From Vicugna vicugna (taxonomy: Eukaryota): a DNA stretch of 64,000 bases. A model generated the notes under the pieces. The model was not told the origin of the DNA and did no database searches. It saw nothing but the letters and a program-made list of their open reading frames with translations. Both the position numbers and the translations under genes were made by a program. The DNA lies in contig MU058065.1 in the NCBI GenBank assembly GCA_013265495.1, positions 8,308,302 through 8,372,301 of the forward strand. Direction: 5' to 3'. Positions 1 through 14,166 of the stretch are shown in pieces; the stretch's first letter is position 1; every line of letters begins with the position of its first letter.

Positions 1-72
1 TACTGGGGACTGAACCCAGGACCTCATGCATGCCAAGCATGTGCTTTACCACTTGAGCTTTATCCTCCCCCC
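1..72 (-). mobile_element. tRNA-Ala-derived SINE head (Vic-1-like), cut by the window start
   Basis: The reverse complement ggggggaggataaagctcaagtggtaaagcacatgcttggcatgcatgaggtcctgggttcagtccccagta is homologous to the copy at 22030. Confidence 0.85.
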
Positions 73-74
73 TT

Positions 75-1060
75 TGTTAGTTTTGTAAGTTGTACTTTTC
101 TAGAAAATCATCTATTTCACCTACATTTTCTAAAATTTTTGGAATGGAGGTTTACAATATTCTATTATTAGCTTTTTAATATCTGAAACGTCTGTGGTGA
201 ACTTAATTCCTGGTATAGGTAGTTTGTGCTTTTCCTCTTTCTGTCTTACAAGTCTTACTAGAGATCTAACCATTTTATTATTCTTTTCAAAGGCTCAATT
301 TTTGGCTTTGTTGGTTTTCCCTTTTGTGCATTTGTTTTCACTTCATTAATTTCTGGCCGTATTTTTATGATTCCCTTCTTTCTCCTTACTTTGAGTTTAA
401 TTTGCTATTCTATTTCCAAAATTATTCAGATGAATGCTTAGATTACCCATATTTTAGCCTTTCTCTTTTCTACTGTAAATGTAAGGCTCTCAGTAAGGTT
501 TTAGCTGCATCACCTATTTTGATGTATCATCTTTTCATGACGAAGAATGGAAATTTCCATTGTGATTTCTCCTTTGCTCATGGGCTATTGCGAAGCTTAT
601 TACTTAATCTCCAAACATTTGGTGATAGTCTAGTCATTTTTATTATTGATTCTTAGTTTAATTTGATACACTCAGAGAATATTCTGAGTGATTTCATTTC
701 TTGAAATTTTCTTAGAACGTGCACATTATATGTTCAAATTTGGGAAATGTTTCATGTGCACTTGGAAAGAATGTGCATTTTGTCATCAGCATGAGCAGCG
801 TCTTACCTATATCTGTAGGTCAAATCAGTTGTTCAATTTTGTTTTTCAGTTCTTTATCCTTACTGATTTTTTTTTCTTGTCTGCTTATCCTATCAGTTAT
901 TAAGGGAGATGTGTTAAAGTTTTTTTCTGTGATTGTGGCTTTGTTTGTTTCTCCTTTTAGTTCTGTTCATTTTTCCTTTATATATTTTTAGTTATATGTA
1001 AGTTATGTAAAAATTAAGAATTGTTATATATTCCTGATGGATCAACCATATTATCATTTT
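75..1060 (-). mobile_element. Old degenerate L1 (L1M-type ORF2 region)
   Basis: T-rich antisense L1 text (catgtgcacttggaaagaatgtgcatttt, gagatgtgttaaagt...gattgtggctttgt). Confidence 0.7.
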
Positions 1061-1189
1061 TTCCTGCATTTTCCATAAGCAGCTGATAAACTGCAAGAGA
1101 CAGCCCCATTCACTGAGATGTGAACAACAGCTCTAACAGCCCCTGGAGGGCAAAACTGGGATGTAACAGAAGAAACAGTGAAACAGAAC

Positions 1190-1360
1190 CATAAGTCCTG
1201 GGTTCTGCCAGCTGTGCATCTTGAACAACTCATTAATACCTGTGAGCCTCAGTTTCTTCATCTCTAAAAAACTGGATTGTATATCTACTTGCCTTACCTG
1301 TCTTACAGGTATAGTCAAGGTAAAATCAGATAGTAAATATGAAAACACTGCATAAATTCT
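1190..1360 (+). mobile_element. MIR SINE
   Basis: Core gagcctcagtttcttcatctctaaaa. Confidence 0.75.
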
Positions 1361-1361
1361 A

Positions 1362-1706
1362 AAGTGGAGTTGTAAACTAGCCTATGGGTGGCATGCAGAC
1401 AGCAGATTTTTGGGGGGGGGGTGCCTACAGAGTGCTTCCTTTTTTGACCAAGACACATTGAAAAATTATATTTCACATGAAAATACAGATTCCTGCTTTT
1501 CTCTCTAAAAAAAAAAATCCAAAGACCTGGCAACTGTAGAGCTGGCTTCACAGCTGTGGCAGATAGGCTGGAGCTGAGTGGGCTCCCTCTCAGCTGGAAC
1601 ACTGTCTCAGTTGTGTCACACCCTCCCCTTCTCAGCATGTACACGTATGCACTCACACTGCCAGGCTTACATATCTCTGCCCGCCTCTTCCTGATCTGTG
1701 GCCCGT
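1362..1706 (+). mobile_element. hAT-Charlie non-autonomous element (MER102-like)
   Basis: tttcacatgaaaatacagattcctgctttt...agacctggcaac...ggctggagctgagt resembles the MER102 consensus as recalled. Confidence 0.6.
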
Positions 1707-2229
1707 GCTAAAGCATTATATCAATATTAGTTGGTATTACTCATTTAAGAGTCAGAGGCACACAGGAGATTTTCAGCGTTAAGTGTTGCTAAGTCCTGAA
1801 ACAGGTAACTGTGGGAGGTTGCAGAAACATTTCCCCTAGAGACCTAAAAATAAGACAGATATATGTACAGCCTCTCCTGGATGCAGGGGAAGGGCAGAAT
1901 GACTGTACCAAGTTCCTTCCAGGTTTTAAATTGAGCTGGGGGTGGGGAGGAGCTATTTTAGGATCTGTATGTTGGAGGAAGAGAAGGTGGAGATTTTTCA
2001 TAGCTAAATTATATATTGTAATGTAATTCAACATTTGAGAAACAAAAAGGTTTTACAATAAAGACAACAGTAAGAGCACAAAGCTTTTTTTTTTATCTAA
2101 AAGATGCATGGCTTTGTCAAAACTTATTGAATTTACCACTTAACATCTGTGAATTTCACTGTACATAAATTATATCTCAATTTTTAAAAGCACAAAGTGA
2201 AAACAAAATTTTTAAAGGGAGGCATGGGA

Positions 2230-2480
2230 TAAATTATAATGCTAACCTGTATCAGGTACTTACACTGTACTAAGTACCTGATGTGGATTAGTTGGATTGT
2301 TTTATTCTCACAATACTTTCTAAGGTAGGTGCTGTTATTATCCCTATTTTGCCAGGTATTGAAACTGAAGTTCAGGGTGATGATATAACCCACCAGTTTC
2401 TCCAGCTGTTAAGTGGAACAGCCAAGTCTTGAACTTCAGATTGAAGACCTCCAGTGTCCAGATTCTCACCCATTCTATTC
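2230..2480 (-). mobile_element. MIR SINE
   Basis: aggtaggtgctgttattatccctatttt...gaaactgaagttcag. Confidence 0.7.
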
Positions 2481-3929
2481 TGTGTTCTAATCATTTGAAT
2501 GATTGCAAAGAAGAGGAAAGTTAATTATTATGATATGGAAGAGGCAGAAATGATATGAATGTAACTTACCGGAGTACCAATTTAAACATCTAATGATGAA
2601 TGCACTTTGCTTATTCAACTTTAGATGCACTCATTCAGAAAACCCAGCCTTCTTAAGGAGTTATCATTGAGTTCTTATGGGCAGGGTGGCCAAATTCCAT
2701 ACAAGGAGGCAAGGGTACTTGGAAGCATTGGTAACACCTTCTCAAGGAAAACTATGACTTCCTTGGCCTTAATAAATAGCTTAGTTTTCTGACAGGCCAT
2801 CTCATAACAAAAGGTTTCTGTCTTTACAGAGTATGTGCTGACCCACCCAGACAGGTCATCTGTATATCCTGAAACCAGTGGTTCTTAATATGAGCATCTG
2901 ATGCTCAAATCTAAATGCTAGGAACTCTCCTCACAAAAAATGTACTCATGGTCACATGTGTGCAAAAATAATACAACACTTTCAGCAAGTTCAAAGATCC
3001 CCTTAAGCTCATTCATGGACCCTAAGTTAAAAACCTTTACTCTAAACCAGGATGGGGCCAGATTCCAGGGACTTCAGCCTTCAACTTCTCTAATTATTCT
3101 AGGTTCCTCATCACCAGTTGCCTGTTGTCTGGTTTTAGTTTTCTTCTAGGGGCTTGGTATCCATCTCTGGCTTTCTACTTGTCTCCTGGAAAGTTGGTCC
3201 TGGTAACACATTCTGGGAGAAACTGGCTTTGCTGGTTCTCATTCTCATTACTCCTCTTGTGCTTCTCTAGCTGTCTTTGGTAATTTGCATTCATTTACCA
3301 GGACACACACACACACACCCTAATTATGCATCATTGTGTACAGCAATTTCCATCAGTCTAATCCTTGTTTCACAGCTCTCTCAGTTACAGAGACTTGTAT
3401 AACAGGGGTCTGTCCACAGGGTCAGCATCAGTGGATATGATGATTGTTCACTGAGCAAGACTACATGGTTTGGGTTGGGGGAGCTGGTCAATAGGGGTAG
3501 AATTCCAGCACATGCTTTGCTCATCAAGCTGGGTGCCCTGGTCCAAGGTTGGGTCTTCCTAGAGGAATGGCATCTTTTTCTAGATCAAACAAATACAGTA
3601 TATGGGACAGTGAGACTCCTGCCTGATTAACAGTGTCACCGTGGAGTCCAGAAGACTGATATATCAGAGGATAAAATAACAATATCTCTATTCTGGTTCT
3701 GTATCACCAGTCACCTTGTCTCTTCTTTCTCTTCAACAAATAAAACTTTCAGTATTCCCAGGGCTACATGCACTTGGAAGAATGAGACCTGAAGGATTCA
3801 TTTCCTGTACTGCCCAGTCTCCATTTCACAAGATTCAGGTTTCTGCTCTGGCAAGATGAGTGGGAGAGAGGACAGGAATTGCTGGCTACGTCTATTAGCA
3901 TGTTCCCTCCTCTCTTCACCTACTGAATC

Positions 3930-4251
3930 CCTAGCCATCATTCATATCTTGGCTCAAGCGTTGCTTCTTCAAGGATAGACCAGTCCCCTCTTACACACCC
4001 TTATAGCACCACATAGCTCTCTTGTCTTAGACTTACAACCTTTGCCATTTAATATTTATTTTGGATAATATTGTAGACATATGGATAGATAGATAGATAG
4101 GCAGACAGACAGACAGATTTCACAAAACTATGAGCTTCATGAAAATAGGGAACAACGTATTTGTATTTATCATTGTGTCCCTGTTGCCTGGCCCCGGGCT
4201 GGTGTGCCAGTGTTTAATTATGTATTTGTTTGAATGAATGAATGAATGAAT
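3930..4251 (+). mobile_element. L2 3' end with embedded (gata/gaca)n and terminal (tgaa)n
   Basis: Typical L2 terminus tatttgtttgaatgaatgaatgaatgaat. Confidence 0.7.
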
Positions 4252-4504
4252 GGGAGGTAGTTAGTACGATTGTGGGAGCTTCAGAGTTTTGACTGAGAAG
4301 GTAAGGCCCTCCTACAGTCAGAAGTCTATCTCCTAGGCTAAGTGGCCATCTTGTCTCACCCCTACCTTCTAATTCTGAACTGTGTATTACAGCTCTGGCA
4401 TTCCAATGTAATCATTCCTCTCCACTCTCACCTAACTTCAAAGAAGCATTTTGAAATCTTACTTAGAGGAAAAGAGGCTACACCATACACCCCAGTCTGC
4501 CCTG

Positions 4505-4762
4505 AGAAGCTATACAGTGTGATAGTAAAAATCATGGGCTTTGGAATTAGGTAGACCTAGCTTTTAAACCTGCTTTGCCCTCTTGCTGACTGTGTGGTTC
4601 TGAGCAAATGGTTTAATGTCTCCTAGCTTCAGTTACTTCAGTTTGTAAAATGGGTGTGATTGAATGTTCCTCATGAGATTCAATGAGTTAAGCTACATGA
4701 AATGTTAATCAGAAAACCTGACTTGTAGTAGGTGCTCAATCAGTAGATGCTTTTATTATTAA
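4505..4762 (+). mobile_element. Near full-length MIR
   Basis: Head (agtgtgatagtaaaaatcatgggctttggaatt), core, and tail (gtagtaggtgctcaat). Confidence 0.75.
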
Positions 4763-5689
4763 CTAAACTGAATGCTCCTAAGAGAGGTGGAGGATTAAGG
4801 ACCATAGGCGTTGGGCCAAATTTTTATGTGACATTTCTTATTTATTTCCCAGAAAATATGGGAAAAGAAAACCTTAACAGCTGGTAACAGCTGCTATAAC
4901 TTGCAGGTTTGTTTAACATTCAGTTCTTTGAATTCCTTGAATCTACCTTTGTGTCTTACAATGGCCCTAAGTTCGAAGCAGATTTTTCAACATCCCATTG
5001 ACACCACCCAGCACACTGGGGAGAAGAAACCAACCAGGACACTGAGTGATGATACAGCTTATACAGTCATATGAGCTTCTGGATTGGATGAGTGTGTCAG
5101 GGGGCAGCCGGGCAGCAAGCTTGGTGTGTTCCCCAAAAGGCCAATAGAAGGTCTGTAGTCTCTGCTCAAAATTATTGTATTTCTCTAGCCATTGAACTCA
5201 CTACAGGCATGGCTAATTTGAAAACAGCAAAATTCCTAGCTGAAGTACAGAAGCTAGGATTGCATTGACCTGATTCAGGTAGGACCTGAAGAGTTTCTTA
5301 CTCTCCTGTTCCAAACAGAACATGTAACTCACCTCCCGAGGTTCAGTTCATTGAGTCCATGAGCACTTACGAGTGTCTGACATGCATTGGGTGCAACTCC
5401 AAGAACTGAGGATACAAGAACACCACCTTGCTTTTGAGAGAGTGGAAGTGTTTTAAGGAAAACATATTTTATATTCTGGAAGCATTGCAGCAATCCCAAA
5501 TTTATTTGTTTTAAAAAAAGAAATAAAATCCATAATCCCGTCTCCCTAACAAGATTACTTTCATCTTTGCATGTCCCTTTTCTAATGTCTTTGTTTACAA
5601 GGATCTCTAAAGAAGCAGTTTTGACGAGTTTTCTTAGTCACATCATGAAAGTTTGGGGGAGGAAATCTCTTAAGTTGTACATGCTTCCC

Positions 5690-6150
5690 ATTAGCTAATT
5701 CAGAATCCAGCCCTGAGTAATGGAGTCCCTGGCCGCCTCTTGGATTTCACTTCCTGCCACTCTCCTCATTCATGGTGGCCTTTGCGCGGTTCTTTGCTCA
5801 ACCAGACTGCTTCTACCTGTGAACGTGTACTCCTCTGTCTGGAACAGCACTCCCCGACCCCCGCATAGTTACTCAGCTCATTCCCTCACTCCACTCCTGT
5901 CACTCCTCAAGTTCCATCTCTTTAGAGAAACTTCCCGTGACCACCATCTACTAGCTTCTGTTTCTATCCCTTTATCTAGATTTAACTATCTTCACAGCAC
6001 CTATGACCCCCTGACATACATAAAGTACTTGTTTGTGGTCTACCTCTTTCCACTGGACTGACTCACCTGGGAGCAAGGGTATTGTCCGCTTCCTTCACTC
6101 CTGTATCCCCAGCACTTAGAGCAGTGGCCGGTTGGAGAGAGGCATGCATC
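5690..6150 (+). mobile_element. L2 3' fragment
   Basis: cctctgtctggaac..., ttcactcctgtatccccagcacttagagcagtg. Confidence 0.65.
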
Positions 6151-6468
6151 TAACCCTTGAAAGATGCTACTTCTTTGGCTCCCTTCCCCTTACATGTTGG
6201 AGGTAACAAGGATCAGCCTGCCTCCCTTGGTATAACATTCTTCCAGGGATGAGCTGCTCAACTGGAAGCACTAACTTGCAGAGCCTGGAGATTCAAAACG
6301 TGGAGACCTCCTCTGCTTTCTGCGGGTGACTGATAGTGAGCTTTCCGATGCAAGAAGGGAAGAGGCTCTGATGAGCATCACCCTATCATTTCCACAGTCT
6401 GTATCTAAAGTCAGCTGGGAAGGGCTAGTGGTGTTTGCTCGGCAAGATTCTTCTTTTTCCTGGTACTC

Positions 6469-8279
6469 TTTTTTTTTTTTAATTTTAAATTGAAGTTAAG
6501 ACATAAGAACACTTACCATGAGACCTATCCTCTTGACCAGTTTCTAAGTGAACAATACGGTATTATTAGCTACAGACACTATGTTGTACAGCAGATGTTT
6601 ATAACATATTAGTCCTGAATAACTGAAACTTTATACCCATTGCATAGCAGCTCTCGGTTTCCCCCTCCTCCTAGCCCCTGGCAACCACCATTCTACTCTC
6701 TGCTTCTCTGAGTTTGGCTATTCTGGATACCCCATGTAAGTGGAATCATGCAGTATTTGTCCTTCTGCGACTGACTTGTTTCACTTAGCACAATGTCCTC
6801 CAAGTTCATTCATGTTGTCACCTGTGGCAGGATTTACTTCTTTTTAAAGACTGAATAATATCCCATGTTATATATATACCACATTTTCTTCATCCATTCA
6901 TGCATTGATGGGCATTTAGGTTGTTTCCACATCTTGGCTATTGTAAATAGTGCTGCAACAAATAAGTGAGTGCAGATATCTCTCAGATGACTGAATATCC
7001 AGACTTCAGTTCTTTTGGATATATATCAGAAGTGGGATCACTGGATCATAAGGTAGTTCTATTTTTAATTTCTTGAGGAACCTCCGTACTGTTTATCATA
7101 GGGGCTGCACTATCTTACATTCCCACCAATGGTGCACAAAGATTCCAAGTTTTACATATCCTCACCAACACTTGTTATCTTTTGCCTTTTTTTCTAATAA
7201 TAGTTATCCTAACAGGTGTAAGGTGATACCTCATTGTGGTTTTGATTTGTATTTTCCTGATAATTAGTGACATTGAGATCTTTTTTATATACCTGTCAGC
7301 CATTTGTATGTATTCTTTGGAAAAATGTCTTTCCAACTCTTTTGCCCATTTGAAAAATCAAGGTGTTTTTTTGTTGTTGTTGTTTGGTTAGTTTTTGATT
7401 TTTTGGTTTTTTTTTTTTTTTTTTTTTTTGTTTTTTTTTGTTTTTTTGGTTTTTTTTTTTTTTTTGTATTGAGTTGTAGGAGTTCCTTATATATTTTGGA
7501 TATTAACCTCTTCTACGGCATTTGGTTTGCAAATATTCCCTCCCATGTTGCAGCCTGCCTTTTCGCTCTGTTGCTTGTTTCCTTTGCTGTGCAGACCCTT
7601 TTTAGTTTGATGTGGTCCCACTAGTCTAATTTTGCTTTTGTTGCCTGTTTTGTTTCATATTCAGGAAATCATTGCCAAGCCCAATATCATGAAGCTTCTG
7701 TCCTATGTTTTCTTCTAGAAGTTTTATAGTTTCAGGCCTAATGTTTAGATCTTTAATCTGTTTTGAGTTGATTTTTGTGTAAGATGTAAGATAAGAGTCC
7801 AATTTAACTTTTTTGCAAATGGGTATCCAGCTTTTGCAAAACTGTTTGTTGTAGAGACTATTCTGTCCTCGTTGTGTATTCTTGGCACCCTTGTCAATGA
7901 TCAGTTGGCCATATATGCGTGAGTTTATTTCTGGGCTCTCTATTCTGTTCCATTGGTCTCACATCTGTTTTCACACCAGTACCATACTGTTTTACTTACT
8001 GTAGCTTTGCAATATACTTTGAAATCATGATGTGATGATTTGGTCTTCTTTCTCAAGATTGGTTTCAATATTTAGGGTCTTCTGTGGCTCCCTATGAATT
8101 TTAAGATTGTCTCATCTGTTTTTGTAAAAAATGCCACTGGGGTTTTGATAGAGATTTCATTGAACCTGTAGATTTCTTTGGATAGTGTGGGCATTTGAAC
8201 AATATTAAGCATTCCAACCTATGAACATAGGATATCTTTTCATGTGCCTTCTTTAATTTCTTTCATCAATGATTTGTAG
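6469..8279 (-). mobile_element. 5'-truncated L1 (L1MA-like; ORF2 C-terminus plus 3' UTR), antisense to the gene
   Basis: Poly-T at 6469-6480, classic antisense L1 text (ggttgtttccacatcttggctattgtaaatagtgctgca, tcattgtggttttgatttgtatt), and an expanded T/GT run at about 7365-7465. Degenerate flanking repeat ttttt(c/t)ctggta at about 6454 and 8280. Confidence 0.93.
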
Positions 8280-9119
8280 TTTTTTCTGGTAATTTTAATA
8301 TGTGCTTTCTTTACCTACTTGGTGTCAGACAGCTGTAGCAATGGTTGATATTTCTCCCTTGTCTTCCAGCACCACAAACTACCATGGAATTTCAGAATTC
8401 TTTGAGGAGTCAATGTGTCCATTGTTCATTCTTCCATTCATATCCTTCACACTATCCCCGTATGACCTGGTCATATTCTTTCTCACCTTGCCTGCCCATG
8501 GAGAAGTGTCAAAAGAGTTTGCTTTAAAAGTAATGGGAAGCTGATGTACATCAGAGCCCCAACAGTTTCTCATGGGAGGAGAAAGGGCTTAGTGGCCACA
8601 GGAATTGGATTTGATGTTTTAGAGACCAACCTCCCTGCTGTGCTTCCTTGACAAAACATGATGAAAGCTAAATACACACATAATATTCCCATTACTTTAG
8701 AAACTCCTACCAGGATTAAAAAATAATACTGCCAACCAATGGGGCAAAAATAGATTCTAAACCCCACAGATAATCCCTAAAACCTCATGTTGGCTGATAT
8801 TGTCATATCTTCCTCTTGTCCAGACCCCCACATATTTCACAAAAGCCATGTACAAAGTGCAGCATGATCCCCTCTGCCCTGCCCACCTTCTGGGGGCAGC
8901 TCCAATAAGGAGGGAAACAGCCAGAGGCAGAAAACAGGGAATAAGAGGAAAGCAGCCCCCATAAACCAACAAGGCATCACATTAAAGTGGATAATTTAGA
9001 TCTAGTCAAACAGGAATAAGAGTGTTGTCTACTCCCTAAAATAATGATTTAATTTTAATGATACCTTTCCCCCACAGATATAAGGTAGGGGTTCTGTGCC
9101 TAAATGTTAAGAACCACGG

Positions 9120-9285
9120 GAGGAGACAGTTGAAATGCAGACTCCTGATTCTACCTCCGAGATGTTGATTCAGGAGGTCTGAGGTGTGGCCCAGGAATCT
9201 GCCTGTTTCACAAGCACTGCAGGTGATTTTAATGGAAGTGGTTTTCCACATCCATGTTTTGCCAAAGACTGAACTGAATGCTCTA
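9120..9285. mobile_element. MER5A-like hAT MITE (further fragments near 9440-9520 and 10470-10610)
   Basis: aaatgcagactcctg...gattcaggaggtctgaggtgtggcccaggaatctgcctgtttcacaagc. Confidence 0.7.
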
Positions 9286-11469
9286 AAACATATTTCCTAA
9301 TTCAGACCTCATTCCAAGACTCTAAGAATAATTAGATAACATTAACAAGAGCCAAGACTGCATCTTTTAAAAGATCATCAGGTGACCTAAGAACCTCTAC
9401 TTTAACCCTTTGGGTGCCAGCCAGAGATTGGAGGCACATGGTGTGCAGTTTTACTTGGATGCTAACATGCACAAGATTCACCTGAAGATCCTGTTAAAAT
9501 GCAGTAGGTCTGAGGTGAAGCCTGATAACTTAACGCTCAATATTAAAGCTAACCCTCAGTTTTCCCTTCTGTAAAATGTGTGTAAGATCTGTCTCGCCTC
9601 ACAGAGATGCTATGAGGCTCAAGTAATATAATGTATGGGAAAGAACTTTGTAAGCTTTAAAATGCTATTTATAACAATTATTATAAGAGTTATTATTCAA
9701 ACGTAAAATACAGTTGAAGCCATATTTAAGTCCAGGGGTCTGAGCCTTTGTCTGAAATTTCTGATGTACATCTAGAGTTTCCATATTCATCTGCCTGATT
9801 AGTGCTTACTGAAGAAAAGGGAGTACCACCAGACTGCCCTCTCCAGACCCCTGCCTGGCTCCATGATCCTGCTTAGGTGCCCTGGGCGGTGGATATCAGC
9901 CTTGGTGGGGACATCCTGATGCCTCACACTAATTCCATCCTCATCTCTGGGGGTGGGGCTTGAAAATCGCTCTTTCCCAAAACCCCTCAGGTGATTGCCC
10001 TGGGCAGCCCGGATTGAGAGCCCCTGTGCTGTAGGGACTTGCTACCCAGAGTGGACCAGAAGCTGCCTGGCAGCTTGCTAGAAATCAGAGAACCACTGCC
10101 TCAGAAGCTGCGTTTGAACAGGCTTCTGTGTCGATTAGCGCACATGGTGGAAGCTCTGCGGTTGTGCAATGGTCCAGTCAGTGTTCCCCTGGAGTGCAGG
10201 TCCTCCATAAAGACACCAACTAGAGATTATAGCCTTGGGGAGGGCACTCATATCAGGCTTGCACTTGACGGGGTCAGAAGCCACTTCTGGTCGAGCCTGG
10301 GCTCAGGAGAACTGGAGGATTATATAACTATATCTCCTCGCTTTCCTCACACACAATTCTTCCTCTCCCCCACCCCCATTGCATCCTTCACTCTCTACTC
10401 CTTGGATTTCTCTGATGTGTCCAGCAACTAGTCTCTCAAACATGTCCACCCGTATTCTTTAGACTGGGATTATCAAAGCAGGGTGCACAGACAGCCTGCT
10501 CCAAACCACCCGGGTGTTTTTATAATGCAGATTCCTGGGCAGCAATCCTGGCTGGCAGAATTAGGATCTCTGGGGATGCCGCCAAGAGGAGCACAGAGCT
10601 ATTTGAGAACTTCTGCCTCAGTCTTTAGAGTTTGTGCTTTGTAACTTCATGCACTGCTTTCAGTCCCTTGCTCTACTGATATGACTCTGGTGTGTGTTTC
10701 TTTTCTCCTCTGTTCCTCTGACCCCTCTCCTCTCTTACTTCCTCAAAGCTGCGTATTTCTTTTCTCCGAGGATGCATTTTTCTTTCTCCACCACGCAACC
10801 CCCTTTCCTGGAAATTCGCCTCCTCTCTTTTCTTGAATCAGAGAGCTGCTCTGTTTTTGCAAGGTTTTGCAATCCTTGGCATTTTTTTTTTTTAATGTTG
10901 GCGAAGGCCTAGCGGGAGGATAGGGCCTCCTTTACTGTGAGGGAGTGAGGGAGTGAGCAGGCAGGGACCCCACCACAGGAAGCTCAATTAAGGATGTTCC
11001 CAGCAGGAAGGCTGCTCCCTGGGCAGCACAGAGAGCTGTCAGGACAAGTGACCTTTCTAATCACGCTTGACATTTCACAGCCTCGAAGGCGGAAGGGCTG
11101 CCGTTATTCCGGAGGCGTTGTGTCGCGCTGTGTCACCCCAGACACCTGCGTCTGAGCCCCCCACCCCCACCCCGGTGACTTGGCCTCCAACCGGGAGATG
11201 AATCAGAGCATGCAAAGGGCTTTGTTTCCCAGGAAAGAGAAAGCATTGAGCAGGGGGCTTATGTGGATGGGGTGACTGTGTCTAAGCCGAGGGTAGAAGG
11301 GGACTGGAGGTGGATGCTGCCTCCTCGGGGATTAGCCCTCTTCCCAAGGGCTCAGGTGATGCTGATCAAACAGGCCTGCCTGAGGAAGCCACGCAGCCGG
11401 ATCATCTTCCAGCTCTCTTTGGCCCAGGGGAACGTAATGACTCACTTTTTACCCACCCCAACAGGAAAA

Positions 11470-12900
11470 CAGCTTTATTTTTCTTATTATAAAAAGTAAT
11501 GCCTGCTCATTCTAAAAAGGTCAAACGACATATAAAAGTATAAAAGAAGAAAGTAAAAAGGACGTGTAATCCCAATTACTCAGATATAACCATTATTAAC
11601 ATTTTTAAGGACATTTCTGTGTGTATACATGATATTGTAAAACAAAATACAATCTTACTATAAGTACTGTTTTTTTTGACCTACCATCTTGAATACATCT
11701 CCCTGTCAGTAAAGTACACATGTAATAGACTCGTTCTTATGATTTCACTGCAGTCCATTGTATGAATGACCCTCTTGAGGTTGCCTTTGATTTTTAATCA
11801 TGATAGAATGTATTATAATGAACAGCCTCATAGATAGAATATATTATAATGAAACTTTCCGCAGGACTGAGTGAGTCCTTTTGACAAATTCCTAAAAGTG
11901 GAATTGCTGAGAGTAGCCATATTTTTAAGACCTTTGCTCTGTGTCCTCCAGGAAATGTATTCCAACGTAGATTCCCGCCAGCAGGGAATAGAGTACCTGT
12001 TCCTTCTCCCTTCCTCGATTCCTGGGGTTACAGCCTTCTCAATTCTGGCCAATTTCACGAGGGAAAAAAAATGGTACCTTACAATCGTTTTTATGGGCAT
12101 TTCTCATTTATCAGAGGAGTTTTAACACTTATTGGCCATTTGTGTTTCTTGTTTTGTGAATTTCCTTGACCTTCCCCCCACCCCTCTTTGGGGACGGTTA
12201 ACCTTTCATATATTTGGTTTTAAGTACCTTTTATGCAGTAAAGATAATCTATTGTCGTACAAGTTACAACTACTTTTCCTAGTTTACCACGTGTCTTTAA
12301 CTTTATGTGGTTTCTGCCATGAAGTAGTTAAACTTTTTTATGTTGTCGAACTTCTGTGGCCCCCAGCCTTTTGGGAACCACATTTAGACAGGACTTCTCT
12401 ATCCCATGATTATAAAATGTGGACCTGCCTGTTCTTCTTGTATGTCCAGCTCTCTCAACTCTCATGGTCTTCTGACTGCTGTTCCCTCAGCCTGCGTGGA
12501 AGGAATGATCTTCCTCCAGGGTGGTGCCTTCTCACTCAAGTCTCAGATTTAATATTATCTCAGAGAAGCCTTTCCTGGTCATGCAACCCAAAGAAGTTCT
12601 CCCAGCGCCTGCTTTTCTTTCTGTTAGCACCTTATGGTTTTCCTTCATAAGTTTTATCAAGAATTATGGTTATATATTTTATTTGTCTACTTACACAATT
12701 TTGCAGCTAGACTGTAAACTCTAGGAAGGGCAGAAACCTCGTATCTGTTTTGTATTTCCAGCACCTCATCTAGTGTCTGGTACAGAAAGGGTATATAGGA
12801 GATGTTTTTAAAACTTGTTGAGTGTTAAATTCATCTAGAGTTTATTTTGGTATAAGGTGTGAATGAGAAATCTAACTTAAGTGTTTCCAAATAGTATCTT
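11470..12900 (-). mobile_element. Old L1 (L1ME-like) with an L2 fragment (+) embedded at about 12440-12825
   Basis: aaaagtggaattgctgag, aaatggtaccttacaatcgtttttatgggcatttc. L1-like text resumes after the L2 piece. Confidence 0.65.
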
Positions 12901-13400
12901 GTGAGCACAACACACTGCTGTAATGCAGCCTGGTTCTCTGATAATCCCTGTTTTACTTGCAACTGAGAAACGAAGCCTGGGATGTGGGACGGGGTAGGAT
13001 CGATGGCTCACCTAACTACGGTTTTCCAGCCCCACCGTCTCCTCTCTCTACGATGACTTCCCTTCCTCCGTTATTGCCTTAGCCCTAAGTGCTTCCCATA
13101 ATGCTTATTTCGAGGCTCAGCATAGAGAGGATCCTTAATTAATGGTATCTTCTGGCTGATTCAAATCATTTAAATGGCAGGGGAATCAGATATCTTTGAT
13201 GTGTTTCATGCAATATTCACATCAGCCTTCGGAGGCCCTGAAAATCTATGCTCCCTCCACAACCCTGAGAAAATGGATTTCTCTACAGCCTTTGCATATC
13301 TAGGGATCATGTATAGCAGTTGTGAATGAAGATGAGCAAGATGGAGAGTTGGTCAGAGGCAGTCACAAAGAGGAAGATGGCAACACTCGCTTACGTGTGC

Positions 13401-14116
13401 TTTTTTTTTCTTAAAAATATTTTTAATTAAAGTACAGTTGATTTATAATGTGTTAGTTTCTGGTGTACAGCATAGCAATTCAGTCATACAACAAGAGCTA
13501 CAAATTCCTTTTTCATTATTACAAGGTACTGAATATAATTCTCTGTGCTATATAGTAGGACCTTGTTGCTTACCCATTTTATATATAGTAGTTAGTATCT
13601 GCTAATCCCAAACTCCTAATTTTTCTCTCACCACTCTCTTTCCCCTTTGGTAACCATAAATTTGTTTTCTATATCTGTAAGTCTGTTTCTGTTTTGTAAA
13701 TAAATTCATTGGTATCATTTTTTTAGATTCCACATATGAGTGACATCATGTGACATTTGTCTGTCTTCAGTTAACAAGAAAATTACTCAGTCCATCAATG
13801 TTGCTGCAAATGGCATTATTTTGTTCTTTTTTATGGTTGTATTATTATGAAGTAGTATTTCATTGTGTGTGTGTGTATATATACACATACATATATAATA
13901 CATATACATATATAATGTATATTCCATTGTATAAATATATATATTATATTATATTATATATATATAATTATATTATATAATTATATAAATATATATATAT
14001 ATATACCCCATAACTTCTTTATCCAGTCATCTGTTGATAGACATTTAGGTTGCTTCCATGTCTTGGCTGTTGTAAACAGTGCTGCTGTGAACATTGGGAC
14101 ACATGTATCCTTGTTT
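13401..14116 (-). mobile_element. 5'-truncated L1 (younger, lineage type) with an internal (TA)n expansion at about 13865-14005
   Basis: Poly-T head. The 3' UTR is the reverse complement of the L1 3' UTR at 34020-34540. Confidence 0.9.
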
Positions 14117-14166
14117 AAAAATTGAAGTATAGTCAGTTTACAATGTTATGTCAATTTCTGGTGTAC
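14117..14166 (-). mobile_element. Very short L1 3' terminus
   Basis: Reverse complement gtacaccagaaattgacataacattgtaaactgactatacttcaattttt. Confidence 0.85.
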
